The notes beneath the pieces are model-generated. The model saw only the letters and a program-made list of their open reading frames with translations. It was not told where the DNA came from and ran no database searches. The translations under genes and the position numbers were made by a program. Below, in pieces: positions 27,443 to 40,800 of a stretch of 64,000 nucleotides of DNA (the first letter of the stretch is position 1; the number at the start of each line of letters is the position of its first letter). Where the stretch lies: positions 153,767-217,766 of the forward strand of contig NW_018404123.1 in NCBI RefSeq assembly GCF_002113885.1, written 5' to 3'. This DNA is from Mizuhopecten yessoensis. Its lineage: Eukaryota.

Positions 27443-27787
27443 TTTACATTTGATGTAATGTGAAAAAAGTACTGATATTGTCCTTCCGTTTGCTAGCAAG
27501 TGTGGACTCAAGCTAATTTATAAGATATGCAGAAAAATAACTACATCTATATCTTCGGCATTAATCACCATTGCCTCCATTCTTCCTGCTTTTTGGATTT
27601 GCAAATAGAGAACAGGATTGTGTCTGCATTCAAATTTTTCAATTCTTTCACCAGAGGAGGTATTCAATCAACTTTGCCTGACGGAGTACACAATAGAGTC
27701 ATTTTCTGTGTACATCAGCTTGAGGGCACACTTGCTATCAAACGAAAGGACAATATCAGTGTTTTTTCACATTACATCGGATGTGAA
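27443..27787. mobile_element. MITE-like element with ~70-bp terminal inverted repeats
   Basis: gatgtaatgtgaaaaaagtactgatattgtccttccgtttgctagcaagtgt pairs with acacttgctatcaaacgaaaggacaatatcagtgttttttcacattacatc. Confidence 0.75.
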
Positions 27788-28657
27788 TAGATCTATAACT
27801 AACTCCTTATATAATTCTCAATCTTATTGCTACGTCTTTTAAGCATGAGCCTGTAGATTCAAGGGCATAATTTATGTTCAAAGGAAATAAGTCCTTTAAT
27901 AGCGACAAATCCAAGCGACTAGAGATAACGTGTAAAAGGTTATGTTTGAATACTCTTTAATATATTAATCTAAAAGTATACGTCAACAGTCATAATAGAA
28001 AATAGCATACTTGTTTGTGTATTTATTTCTCACGTAATGTGTCTATATTACACACGACATTCTCGGTTTAAGATCACTTCCGGTACAGGGCGGGTATCCG
28101 GTCGTGATAAATCGTTTATTGTTACAATGTAGAAGGACTGAGTAACTTTAAGCATTTCTTAAATGTTTCTCCATAAACATGATTGTGAGGTGGTGTTTAA
28201 AAGTGTGACTTCAGTTTGCAAGGTATGTGTGTATAACTTTACATAACATGCTCGTTTCAGTTAGTACATAAAGCGTTTAAAAGTTCCAAAGTGTCCTGAA
28301 AGCACCATCGTATCTAACTTAAATATTGAACAGTATTATTATACTGATATCACGTTACTCATAATAAAATAATCAATGTTTATTATCACGTCTCTAAATT
28401 TATTGTCACTTGATGCCATAAAACTTTGATTCACAATGCGATATTATCGGCAATTAGAATGTTCCACTTGTTAGTGCCAATATTTCTGAAGCTTATTCAT
28501 TTTGCAACCGTTGTGCCATAGATTGTCCTATTTTTTGCATATTTTTATTACAAATATAAACATATGTCTCTTGATATTTGTTTACTGTACAGTAGAGGAT
28601 GTATCACTGTTATACAAAAGGTTTGTTTTGTTTGTATTTTTCCGAGGTGACATAGAC

Positions 28658-30610
28658 ATGGAAGCGACGCCATCCACAAGCACAGCTAGTTCCAAAGGGG
28701 TAGGTATACCATGTAGTATACCATATGTAAGTGTTCTTGTCTAGATATACTGTCGACAGCTTCAGATGATATAAGCTGTCCTGTATAATCGTTAAAGGCC
28801 TAGTTCAGGTCTTTGTCTTACAACAACACTGTTCTTCATAGTGACAAATCTACTTAGGCCACTTTTACCATTCATACGGTAACCGATCTGTCTCATCACT
28901 TTTTACTAATTCTTTTCACTTCTGCTTTTGTCAAATATAAGTCGTGCAGAGAATTATAAACATGTTGGCCAATCAAAAGTTGTGTTCTTCCAGGGATGCT
29001 TTACTCATAATGAGATTCCAACATACATTAATACCATTATGAAATACTTTTAATATCTAGACATTCGAAGGGGGAAACACTTTTTAAAATGTTACTTTGT
29101 TGTTGCGTGAATTAATACGAAGTTAATATTTGTATTGCACCATATTACATTTCGTACATTTAGGAGTCATGAGTGGAACTGTAGTAAAGGTCAAATGAAT
29201 CTAAATCTAATTTCCGAAATATGTGTAGAAGCCTTAAGGAAGGCGTGACTATGAAATCGCTTATCACGTTACAGATTAACAACATTTTGATACAGCAGAT
29301 AAATGAGCGTACATACTTTTGGTAACCTACATACTTCAGTAATTACTTAGATTCACGGTTTACATTGTGGTACATGTGGGGTTGAAAGAACCTCTCTACT
29401 ATCACAAACATCTTATTTCGGCTTGGACATTTTGTGGGAGAGTTTGGGTGGTATTTTGGTGAGGAAGTATCTGGAGGGGGTCTTCTGATGGGGGTATTTT
29501 GATGGAGTATTTATGTGGGTTATTTTGGTGTGTTTTTTTTATGTAGGGGTATTCAGAAGCGGGTAATTTGGTGGGGGTATTGGATGGGAGAATTTTGGTT
29601 TTAGTATTTAAGTGGGGGAAATTTGATGGGGATTTCGAAGTGGGTGCTTTCGTGTTGAAAATGAGTTCATTTTGTCCTGGAGAGCTAACGCCGGAGTTTA
29701 TCTTCTGTTATTTATGCATTGCAACACTTTCAATGTTTATTTTTAAATAATTATCTCATCTCTAACTGTGCACTTGACCAGAAAGCATGTTATTATCTTG
29801 GTTAAGATTTTTTTTCATATAATTATATATTACTTCTGTTCCAACCTGACCTCGGTTCATGTAGTATGTTACAAGAAGGATATAATAATCATCAACTTGA
29901 ATTGTATTTAACTATTAGATAAATCATTTTATACTTTTCAGTCCAATTGGAAGAAACGACAAGTACACTACTACATGATGCCCGCCGTCTTTGTTACGCT
30001 GTTTTGCTTCTGGCCCACCGGCATCATGGCCATCATGAAAGTCACAGATGTAAGTATACTCTATTGAATAGGTCATAGGTGGCTATTCCAATGAAGAAGT
30101 AATTAAATGGCATCACAATATCCTAGTGATATCTTGAGGTGGGCAAACTTCGTATGCAAGCATGTTTTTACAAGACTTCGGTCGTCAGGTATAGAGCCTA
30201 AAGACCTGTGTACACATAGAATTTCAATATTAGACATCGTCACACCTACACTTCCTCATAAGTTATTCTTATTACAAGTTGTTTGTGTGCACGTTATTGA
30301 AGTTGTTTTAAAAATCGAAGATATTTTTCAGAACAAAAACAATGTCTGTCATATTTAATTATATTTAGATTAATGAGATTGGCGACTCATATGAGATATG
30401 TTATTTCAATTTTTTCAACTGACTTTTCAGCTAATGTCGCGGAGTACTTTTTTGTAGATTGATGACGCTAGGAGGCGGGGAGACGCAATGTACCTCCAGA
30501 CGAGTAAGAGTGCCGCTTTAAAGTGGATAGGCATGTCAGTATTGTTTGGAGTGGTAGTTCTCTCCTCTTTGGGCTCCATCATAGGATGGCAAATATTCCA
30601 CAAATTGTGA
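28658..30610 (+). CDS. CD225/dispanin (IFITM/PRRT-like) membrane protein, 109 aa, copy B; exons 28658-28726, 29942-30049, 30458-30610
   Basis: Same exon structure and intact frame; exon 2 starts SNWKKRQVHYY instead of SVGKKRQVLYY. Confidence 0.88.
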
Positions 30611-31691
30611 GGACCAGAACTGGAAGTGAATAGATTCTTTGTTATTTAATAATAATTTCGCATGATGCAAAACAGTCAAATGCCATTTGACTCTGATTTG
30701 GTTATACATTCAGCATCATTTTATATTTTTAGATATATTCAAAACAAAAAGTACTTGACATTACCCATGTAAGTCGATCACATAAGCATACCTAGTGTAT
30801 GTATGCGGGAATGTGATGAATAGTGAATATCAACGACCAAAATTCTGGCAGCAATTTATTTGGTTCTTCCGTTGCCTTTTTCCTGGTGCTGTTGTAACAT
30901 GGATGAAAATAAAGTATCATGGACAAACAACTCTTCAATCTTTGAAACACGCTCGATTTTTTTTTATTTCTTGACAATGACGACCGTTTGGTAGCGTTAT
31001 AAACACTACTTACAGTCCGATTTTGTTACTGCAGTGTATTAAATAACCATGTGTAAGGAGGCCAGGAGACAGCAGTGACGTTTTCAAAATAAATTATCAC
31101 ATTCTGCCATTAGGACATTAACATTTCGGACGGGCCAGTGAAGATACACGGAAGATTGTTCAATCTAACATCTCTGTAGCCCAGATTCCTGGTGTTCCGT
31201 CACAATTCCTCTTACCTACAGTAACACCCTTAATGCCATGTTACAATTCATGATTGAACAACGTGGTAGTGTGGAAGCTGATCATGACTAAAGCTGACAT
31301 TCTACATGAAGAACGCTAAGCGCTTTATGGAATTTGACATGTTCACGTTCGCAAATGAAATCAGTTCGATGCTTAATAGCTGGATTTTGTTTGTTTTTCA
31401 TCGTTTTCGAATACATTTAACGATAATTGAAGTGGAAAGTTGACATTGTTTATTATTTTGTTTTTAGTATCCTACTGTGACAATCTGACAGAAAAGATAA
31501 ATCGACTCTATGAATTTTCGCTCGAGACACGTACTCTCAAATAATCTCGCTTTTGGGACAATACAAAAAGACATATTTAGATGGAATTATCTTTATAAGT
31601 GGTATTTTTGCTGTCATGAAAATAGGCCGGCAAACTTCGATTTGTAATTTTCAAAGACATATGAAAGAAATTCTCAAGTTAAACAATTATT

Positions 31692-32385
31692 TCGTGAGTT
31701 ACTCCATGAGTTACATCGTGAGTTACCAAGTGAGTAAACCCGTGGGGTACTTCGTGAGTTACCCCGTGAACTATCCCGTGAGTTACATCATGAGTTACCT
31801 TGCAAGTTACCCAGTGAGTTACATCCTGAGTTATGCCGTGAGTTAGTCTGTGAGTTACGCCGTGAGTTACGCCGTAAGTTACACCGTGAGTTTCAATGTG
31901 TGTTACGCCGTAAATAACACTGTGAGTTACACAATTACACCGTGAGTCACACCGTGAGTTACGTCGTGTGTTACGCCGTAAGTTACACTGTGAGTATACG
32001 CCGTAAGTTACACTGTGAATATACGCCGTAAGTTACACTGTGAGTATATGCCGTAAGTTACACTGTGAGTATACGCCGTGAGTTTCAATGTGAGTATACG
32101 CCGTAAGTTACACTGTGAGTATACGCCGTGAGTTTCAATGTGAGTTTACGCCGTAAGTTACACTGAGTATACGCCGTAAGTTACACTGTGAGTATACGCC
32201 GTGAGTTTCAATGTGAGTATACGCCGTAAGTTACACTGTGAGTATACGCCGTAAGTTACACTGTGAGTATACGCCGTGAGTTTCAATGTGAATATACGCC
32301 GTAAGTTACACTGTGAGTATTATCCGTAAGGTTGATACTGTGAGTATACGCCGTAAGTTACACTGTGAGTTACATCGTGAGTTAG
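31692..32385. repeat. 12-bp minisatellite, copy B, expanded with a derived 25-bp unit (cgccgtaagttacactgtgagtata)
   Basis: Same flanks as 15458-15770 but about twice as long. Confidence 0.95.
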
Positions 32386-34179
32386 TAGTAAGTTAATTTG
32401 AAACATAAAGATCAGCGTTGATAATGACCCAAATTTAACATGTACGTCTAAAGGTAGTATGGCATGACCAAGGTTGATACTGTACTACAACCCCATTGAA
32501 TTCGGATAAGTGGTGCTTCTCTTCAAGCATTGCATATATGTAACAGGAACCTGCAAATGAAACGGCCATCTCGGATTCGAACCCGAGACTTCCGAACTCT
32601 GGAAATGTACTCAACAAAATGAGCGAAGTATATACCTGATCACCGGCGACCGACCCGATCCAGTTCTGCTACAGTCCCTCCCTCCATCAAAAAAGTCTTC
32701 GGCCCTGAAGCTACGAGTGACCACCTACAACATTCCGTGTGTTTATGTTGTTGTTAGTGAAACCATCCAAATGGCGAGATCGGGATGCGAACTTAGGACC
32801 TCTGAACTCTAGACAGACACTTTACCTTATAAACAGCGTTCGACCCAGTCCAGTTCCACGACATTTGAATAATCTAACTATATATAATTGTTATGCTTGA
32901 TTAAGTTTTGCTTCAAGGCATGCGTGAAAATACTTATTATGATGGCAAAAATGCAATTCCTACCACTTGTTCGTTCTTTAAAAAAATTAAGAAAGAGGGG
33001 ATTCCTTGAATTTTTTAAATTTCAAACGCAGATCAAGAACCTATTTTTCCCATATTTGAAATACGCATCAAAGATAAAGTGATTTATGGGGATAATTAGA
33101 ATAAGAAACTAAAAGTAACAAAAGATACTTACCCAGGCTATTAATTCCACATTCAGTAGTTATAATGTGAATCTATATTGGTACTAGGAATACGACGTAA
33201 GGCAGTAAATGTTTAAACATATAGTTTGTCGATGCAGATAATCAGACAAGTAAACATTGTACTGCACCATATGTCCATTTCATCCATTTAGGAATCACAG
33301 CGGTGCTAAAGGTGAAAATGAATACAATTTAATATATTTTGAAACACACCTAGAAATACAGCGAAAGGTGCATTTCATACTCCTTAATATGTTACTTTGA
33401 AACTTTTGGTTATAACAGATAACATTATCGTTAAACTGTGCTATTTCTCAAAAGCCAGAATAAAGTCCAGCTACGGCCAAAATCGGGGACTGATAGTCTA
33501 CCAGTAGAGTCAACCATATCGTCGCCTTGTTAACAAGATAACTAGGACTATTAGCATTAGCATCAACCTCCAGAACGCCATCCTCGATACTCCAGGGGTT
33601 ACGCTCACTTTCGCTCTCTGCTCCTCTGAAATATGTCATAGAATAAGTGAAGGCACGCGGCTGGCTATTTGATTGGTCTTAGGTAAAACAAATCCTAACC
33701 AATCACTTAGGCTGATGTCTGTCCATTGAATACTACAGAGGAGCAACATCCGACTTCAAAGCCATTAAGGTTTACCGTTACACGACCGCGATATTCTTTT
33801 GTTGTACTTCAAAGGATCAAACTAGTCTTCTCGTCTCATCCACCGGGTGGTCACACTGAGCCTTCAATTTTGCTATGAAATATTCCAGGGGTGCAGAGAG
33901 CGAAAATGAGCGTAACTCCGTCAGTATCGAGGTTGCCAGAACGTAAAAACACGAATAACTCCTTTCCGTTAACTTGATTACCCTCTGTATAGCAAAAATG
34001 GTTATCACACTACCAAACTCTATGACAAACCTGTCACTTCAATTGGACGATCATGGATAATTAACTTTCCTTTCCTCGGTAGTAACATACGAGCTTCCCT
34101 ACCGACAGATTTTTCTTGTCTCGCCCTCCTCTCTGATCAATTGAGCGTGCCCTTAACTACTGACAAGCAACCGCCTGGG

Positions 34180-34362
34180 GTAAACAAATATGAAGTGTGC
34201 AGTAAGGTGTTTAAACAAAAGTCATCACTACTAAGACGCAAAAGAGCATTTCACGGAGACTCACAACAACATTCCTGCTCACATTGTGAAACAACATTTA
34301 ACCGTAAAGATAACTTTATCAGAAACCTCAAATCGCATAAGGAAAATACACCTCTAAAATAA
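34180..34362 (+). pseudogene. Degenerate tandem C2H2 zinc-finger fragment
   Basis: YEVCSKVFKQKSSLLRRKRAFH and CSHCETTFNRKDNFIRNLKSH: two fingers with lost Cys/His ligands, then a stop. Confidence 0.55.
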
Positions 34363-35000
34363 GAAAAGAAAAGCAGATTAAATGAACGACAGTAATCATT
34401 AAAAAACCTAGAAGAGACAAAAGATTGATGTAAATGAAACTCATATTATTGCTAATGAAGGCAGGTGCATATGGGGTTCACGATTGAAGAGCTTACGTGA
34501 TTTCAGTGAAAATAAAACAAAAACGTTTGAAATATTGCCTGCAGAAGCAACAGTTATCAAATTGACATCTTTCATTATAATAATTAAAATCGTCCTAGAT
34601 TTTAAGCTAAGTTTATTTCCGATACATCGGATCTGTAGTATATGTGTACAGATATGACAGTTCGTTTATGGACATTACATATGTTTATCAAATTATTATG
34701 TAAGTCCCGTAATTATATTTAAGTTCTTGGTCAATCCAATGTCTATCGAGTCTGTTTTTAAATATATTTGTTGACAGTGCTGACGACTGTTCCGTAATTT
34801 AACAACTCGTCAGAGTGGGAAATTCATTCTCAAAGTTCTGTGCATAAAGTTTTTTGAATTCCCCCTTTCAGAAAAGTCCTGCCACAAATCAAGGAAAAAA
34901 GGACGCTTTTTGATCCTTTGTGCCACTCGTAATCTTTACTCTATCAGTTATTATTCGTAGACTTTAGAACTGACAGTAGGTCTTATATATAAAAAAAACA

Positions 35001-36443
35001 ACCAAGAGGCCCATGGGCCTTAACGGTCACCTGATATATTTATACAGAGAGTTGATTTTTGTTTTTAACATGAACAGAAATATTATTTAAAGTGATAAAA
35101 AAAAAACAATAAAACCACCTTATTCAATATCTAGCATGCAGATTTAAGACTGAAAAGTATTTGAAACTAGTACCTCTGATTCTAAACAAGGAAAATGAAG
35201 AAATTTTATTTTAGCACACAGACTCCATTTGGCCTCACCCTACAGCCCTTGGGGTAGGGATGGCTCAAAATTTACAAAGTATCAAACTGTCAACTTAGGG
35301 TTATAATTCCAATCAAGTTATCAACATGTAATATTCAAAGTATCATTTGCCATTATAAACCATAACAAATTTTGCCCCCCCCCCCCCTTCCCCAGGGGTT
35401 AACGTGAGACCCCAGGGTCATGAAATTCACAATTTTGGTAAAGCACCTTAAGACCCTTCCATCTATGAAGAGTATTTGATTCTACCATATCTGGGTCTTG
35501 AGAAGAAGATTTTTGTAATTTTAGTCAATTCAACTCTTTTTGGCCCCACCCATCAGCCCCGGGGCGTCAGTCAGGCTCATATGTGCATACCATCAACCTG
35601 CTACCAAATACTGATAATGCTAACCCAAATTGAATTACTTCCAATTGCAATTAACCAATTTTGGTCCAAAATGTGATTTCCCTATATAAACTATAGCAAA
35701 GTTTACCCCCTCCCCAGGGGGAAACGTGACACCCCAGGATCATGAAATTCACAATTTTGGTAAAGCATCTTAAGACCCTTCAATCTATGAAGGGTATTTC
35801 ATTCTACCATATCTGGGTCTTGAGAAGAAGATTTTTGAAATTTCAGTAAGTTCAACTCTTTTTGGCCCCTCCCATTAGCCCCGGGGGGTCAGTCAGGGCT
35901 CATATGTGCATACCATCAACCTGCTACCAAATACTGATAATGCTAACCCAAATTGAATTACTTCCAATAGCAATTAAACAAATTTTGGTCCAAAATGTGA
36001 TTTCCCTATATAAACTATAGTAAAGTTTACCCCCTCCCCAGGGGGAAACGTGACACCCCAGGGTCATGAAATTCACAATTTTGGTAAAGCACCTTAAGAC
36101 CCTTCAATCTATGAAGAGTATTTGATTCTACCATATCTGGGTTTTGAGAAGAAGATTTTTGAAACTTTAGTCAATTTTACCCTTTTTGGTCCCGCCCCTC
36201 AGGCCCCTGGGGGCTGGGGACCATATTATTCACAATTTTAGTTGACCTTTGGCCATGGAAGGTTTCTGCAAAATTTCAATGGAATTGGTTTAGGGGCTGG
36301 GGACCATATTATTCACATGTAAATTGTTTACGGACGCACGACGGACGACGGACGACGGACGCACGACGGACGACGGACGACGGACGACGACGGACAAAAG
36401 GCGATTGCAATAGGTCACTTGAGACTTTGTCTCAGGTGACCTA
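35001..36443 (-). mobile_element. Helentron-associated non-autonomous element (HINE/DINE-1-like), apparently complete
   Basis: One end has the aggcccatgggcct palindrome plus ggtcacctga; the other has ggtcacttgag...ctcaggtgacct next to a (GGAC/GAC)n microsatellite at 36330-36395; internal ~330-bp tandem repeats; flanked by A-runs. Confidence 0.85.
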
Positions 36444-36519
36444 AAAAAAAAACTAAAAAAAACAACGCTTTATTCACCTGAATAATATGTACGTGATGTG
36501 TTTTTACTGGGGCGAAGCT

Positions 36520-36684
36520 GTGTAAACCAATCACGCATAAATCGAACATAAAAGACACACGCATTTCGCTCTTCCTCTATTCCTACCATAATAGACTACG
36601 ACTACAAATACAGTTAGTAATGGCTGATCAGAACATATTGTAAACACGAGCTGTAAACACCGGTGGTTAAACGAGTTCAGTAAG
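36520..36684 (+). promoter_or_regulatory. Putative C2CD5 promoter and non-coding first exon
   Basis: CpG-richer segment, CCAAT at about 36527, and a GTAAGT donor near 36679, about 1.1 kb upstream of the ATG exon. Confidence 0.3.
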
Positions 36685-37785
36685 TGTCCGTCAATATTTT
36701 AACGCCATCGCATTCATTAAGTATCCCCTGCATATCTTTCTTACTCGTCTGATCGCAAGAAGAACGACTGAACTAGAATTTTTAAGAGAAATTTGCTGTC
36801 ACTTTTTAGACCAGACTTGAGACAGTGCCATTGAGTTTGTCGTATTGCAGAGGTCGTGACAGCACCATACTACTTAAAATGTTTAGTACATTGACAGTTG
36901 TAATTTGGGAACACATGCAATTTTACGTTGTTGGGCATTTATTTATATCGATATTAGGAACATGATTTTCATATTTTAATGACCTAATCTGGTTGGACGC
37001 TTGGGTTTTGAATATATGTCCATTTGACATGTGTTTTGACCCTTCAGATTTCAGGGAAAAGGTTACATGACTTCTGAAATCGCGAAATGTCAAGGGTCAG
37101 TTGAAGCCCCTGTCTCGAGTATTGCTACAGTGTTGTCCGGATACAATGCATCAGGTCAGAGGGAATGATTTGCTTTCGCTGACTGAATGTGTAGGTTACA
37201 ATCTTGAACTTGATAAAATATTTTATTTGCTTACAAATTGATAAACTAATGATGGTTAAATTACTTTCCGAATTTAGTTTTATTGCTGGGAAATAACAAA
37301 GTATATTCTGTACATGAGAGTGTAATTTACCAGTCAGTGGGAGGTTGACATCACAGAAAACCTATTTAGTCTGCAGAAACTGCTGAAGTCATCTAATCTG
37401 TATCTCGTTTTTCTGTTTACAAATTCTAACCAATGTGCTTTTCCCATCTGTTCAATTATGCAATGTAAAATGTGAAAATGGTGGTGACTGTAATTTTGAT
37501 GAAATCAGAAAATGACCATTTCCAGTTTAGCCATTTCATTTCAGTTGCAATTAAGGTACATTTGCCAAAAATAAAATCAGAAAGAAATGCATATATATGA
37601 ATTCATCTATTAGGAACTAACGAATAAATGCTTGGAATGCTTCAAGTACAGATTTGATATTTCAATAAAGGGAAAGTTGTTCTCATAATATTGCTGTAAA
37701 TGAAATGTTGGTACATGTACAACATTGCTTTTAACTGAATTTCAACAGAATCATAACAGCAGGGGATCTTGATAGTCCAAACAAG

Positions 37786-37875
37786 ATGCCAGGAAAGTTG
37801 AAGGTTCGTGTGGTCAGTGGACGGAGCTTGCCAATAATGGACCGATCAACGGACCTAACAGATGCCTTCGTAGAG
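37786..37875 (+). CDS. C2CD5: C2CD5 coding exon 1
   Basis: MPGKLKVRVVSGRSLPIMDRSTDLTDAFVE, donor gtatat. Confidence 0.93.
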
Positions 37876-40800
37876 GTATATGATATATCCTACCTTATGT
37901 ATGTTATATTAAGATTCCGGTTTTGCATTCTGGTACTACATAGTTAACTGGTGAAAGGAATCGGTCATTAATCAAATAACATGTAATTATCGGATAGAAT
38001 TAAGTCATAGTTGGTATGTATTCAATGAATGAACAGTTAATAAGATGCAATAGGGGGAGGTACGCATAGGGTTTGCATCTGTTGTCAGTCTGGTGAATCT
38101 GCTTTAATTTGTGATTGAATTTTTTTGGTAATGATAGTTATGAGGCAACAACTGCAGTCCTCTCTAGACCTCGCCTTTTTCGTCAGATTACAAAGATTTC
38201 TACCCTAAATTATGGTGAATAGCACGGAAAGTAACAAATCCCTGTCTGTAAATCATAAAGAACAACAATTGTACTTAAAAATGTAATACAAGTGTGAGAA
38301 GTAAACAACCTAATTACTTCCCACAAAGGGCTCATACTTCACACTTGAACTCCATGTTACAAAAGTGCATTTTCTGGTCTATTTTACAAAAATTCTGTTG
38401 GTTAAACAATATTTCTGTAATCTTCAATGAAATCTAGCAAATTTAAGTTGAGAAAAAACATATCTTAGAAAAGATATTTTATACAACTGGAGATTGATCT
38501 TAACTGCTGTTGTGGCATAAATAGGGAGGAAAATGATTAAGTTTTAAATGTTTACGGGTAATTAGCTGTATTACTACTCAGAAAGAATAATGAAACTATG
38601 TAATTGCCTGTCATCTGCCGTTGTGTGTCAGTCTGAAAACCTTCAGATAACATCTTTTAATTCACTGTTGGATGCTCACTCTCATTCTATAAGGGGATCC
38701 TGACCTAAGCTGTTTTGACTGATGATTTGTTGAATTTACACAATGATACCACTGCTGGTTGACATGGTACAATTAAAAAAGATATTGCAACAAAGTTACT
38801 TTTCAACTAATATTGGTTATTATTGTATTTTTACAGGTTAGATTTGGAAATGAGGCATTTAAAACTGATGTCTGTAAGCGATCTTTAAACCCACAGTGGG
38901 CCTCAGAATGGTTCAAATTTGAGGTATGCTACACATATAAGTCTTACACTCAATTGTTTTTATTAACCATCCATGGCATATTAGTTGTATAAACCTAAGA
39001 AGGAAATGTATAAACCTAAGAAGGAAATAAGATTAATTTGATATATCATTTATAATGATAATTCAGAGATTTGTTTCTGCACTTTAACACCGACAAGTAT
39101 CCATAGTAAGTTCCCTGGTGCTTTTATATTTAAAAACTAATTTGTTCATGCAATGAAAATATTTTCTACAATGTATTGTAACAATAAGGGCTTAACTTGT
39201 TATTTGTACAGGTAGAAGACGAGTCCCTCCAGGATGACCCATTAGAACTCAGGTGAGTTGCTTGTCATATCTTTCTGACTTAATGATGATATTTTCATCT
39301 GAAATAGTTTTTTCACACAAATGAGTAAGAGTTATAAGTTAACAATTTGAAACAACATTGTAACCCAAAAAATAACAATTAAGCACTTCTTTTGAAGAAT
39401 GGACAGGCCTAGAGTCATAATATTTAGGTGATTGCTTCATTGGTAAGAGCCCAACAAAGTTTGAGAACAAAAATGACCTTGACCTTCTTTCAAGGTCACC
39501 GGGGTCAAATATGTCAAACACTTTAAACGACTTCTTCTGAAGAACTGAATAGTATAGAATCTTGATATGTGGCTGGTAGTTTCTTGAGATACTGAGCCCA
39601 TCAAAGTTTGAAAGTGAAAATGACCTCAACCTACTTTCAAGGTCACGGGGATCAAATATGACAAACACTTTAAACAACTTCTTCTTAAGAACTGAAAGGT
39701 ATAGAATCTTAAAATTTGGCTGGTAGCTTCTTGGGATGGAGTCTGATAAAGTTTGAGAATGAAAATGACCTTGACACACTATCAAGGTCACAGGGGTCAA
39801 ATATGTCAAACTCTTCAAACGATTTCTTATGTAGGACTGAAAGGTATAGAAACTTAGTATTAGGTTGATGGCTTCTTTGGATGGAGCCCGCCAAAGTTTT
39901 AGAATGAAAATGACCTCAACCTACTTTCAAGGTCACATGGTCAGATATAGCAAAAACTGCAAACAGCTTCTTTTGAAGAAGTGAATAATAATACTTAACA
40001 AGTAGCTTCAAATTCCTTAGATGAAGCCAAACAAAGTTTGCGATTGAACATGACCTTAACCTACTATCAAGGGACCCAATAAGGTTAGGGTTGTGCTGAG
40101 AGACAGAGCCAATATTTGGAAATATTTGTAGTACAGTGTAGTATTTAATGAGAATATTTTGCAATGACTGCTTAAATATCCAGGTGAGTAATACAAGCCC
40201 TCTGGGCCTCTTGTTAATGTCAGAGGGATGTTAATCAATGATTTTCATATTGGCTGAGTGATCAAGTCTGTTTTTAGCAAAGGGCCAGTATGATAGAGTA
40301 AGGCCTTACAAGGGCCAGTATGATAGAGTAAGGCCTTACAAGGGCCAGTATGATAGAATAAGGCCTTATAAGGGCCAGTATGATAGAGTAAGGCCTTATT
40401 AGGGCCAGTATGATAGAGTAAGGCCTTACAAGGGCCAGTATGATAGAGTAAGGCCTTATAAGGGCCAGTATGATAGAGTAAGGCCTTATAATTGACTAAA
40501 TATGAAAATCACTGATTAACAATCCCTTTTAGATTAATTTTCGACTGGACTAATTGAGTTTTGTCAATTATTTCACATTGAAGGGTTCTGGACCATGATA
40601 CATACAGTGCCCATGATGCTATAGGCAAGGTCTACATTGACCTGAACCCCCTCCTCACCAAGGACAACCCCCACATCATCAGTGGCTGGTTCCCAATTTA
40701 TGACACCATGCACGGTGAGTGACATTCTTCACAGCTATATCTATTAATGAGCCTATGGGGCAAAGAAGTAATTCCAACAGTGTGGACAAGTTAAGGTTGT

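Larger units (their letters stand above)
17920..33827. repeat. Segmental duplication, copy B
   Basis: Starts with the flank and 27-bp array seen at 1440-2600, jumps to the homologue of about 5140, then stays colinear with copy A apart from indels. Confidence 0.85.

Noticed and set aside
34141-34362. Functional zinc-finger gene
   Set aside because: TTG start, missing metal ligands, early stop and no clear exon structure.
39339-39894. 159-aa and 61-aa minus-strand ORFs
   Set aside because: They come from the internal tandem repeats of a non-autonomous Helentron-type element.
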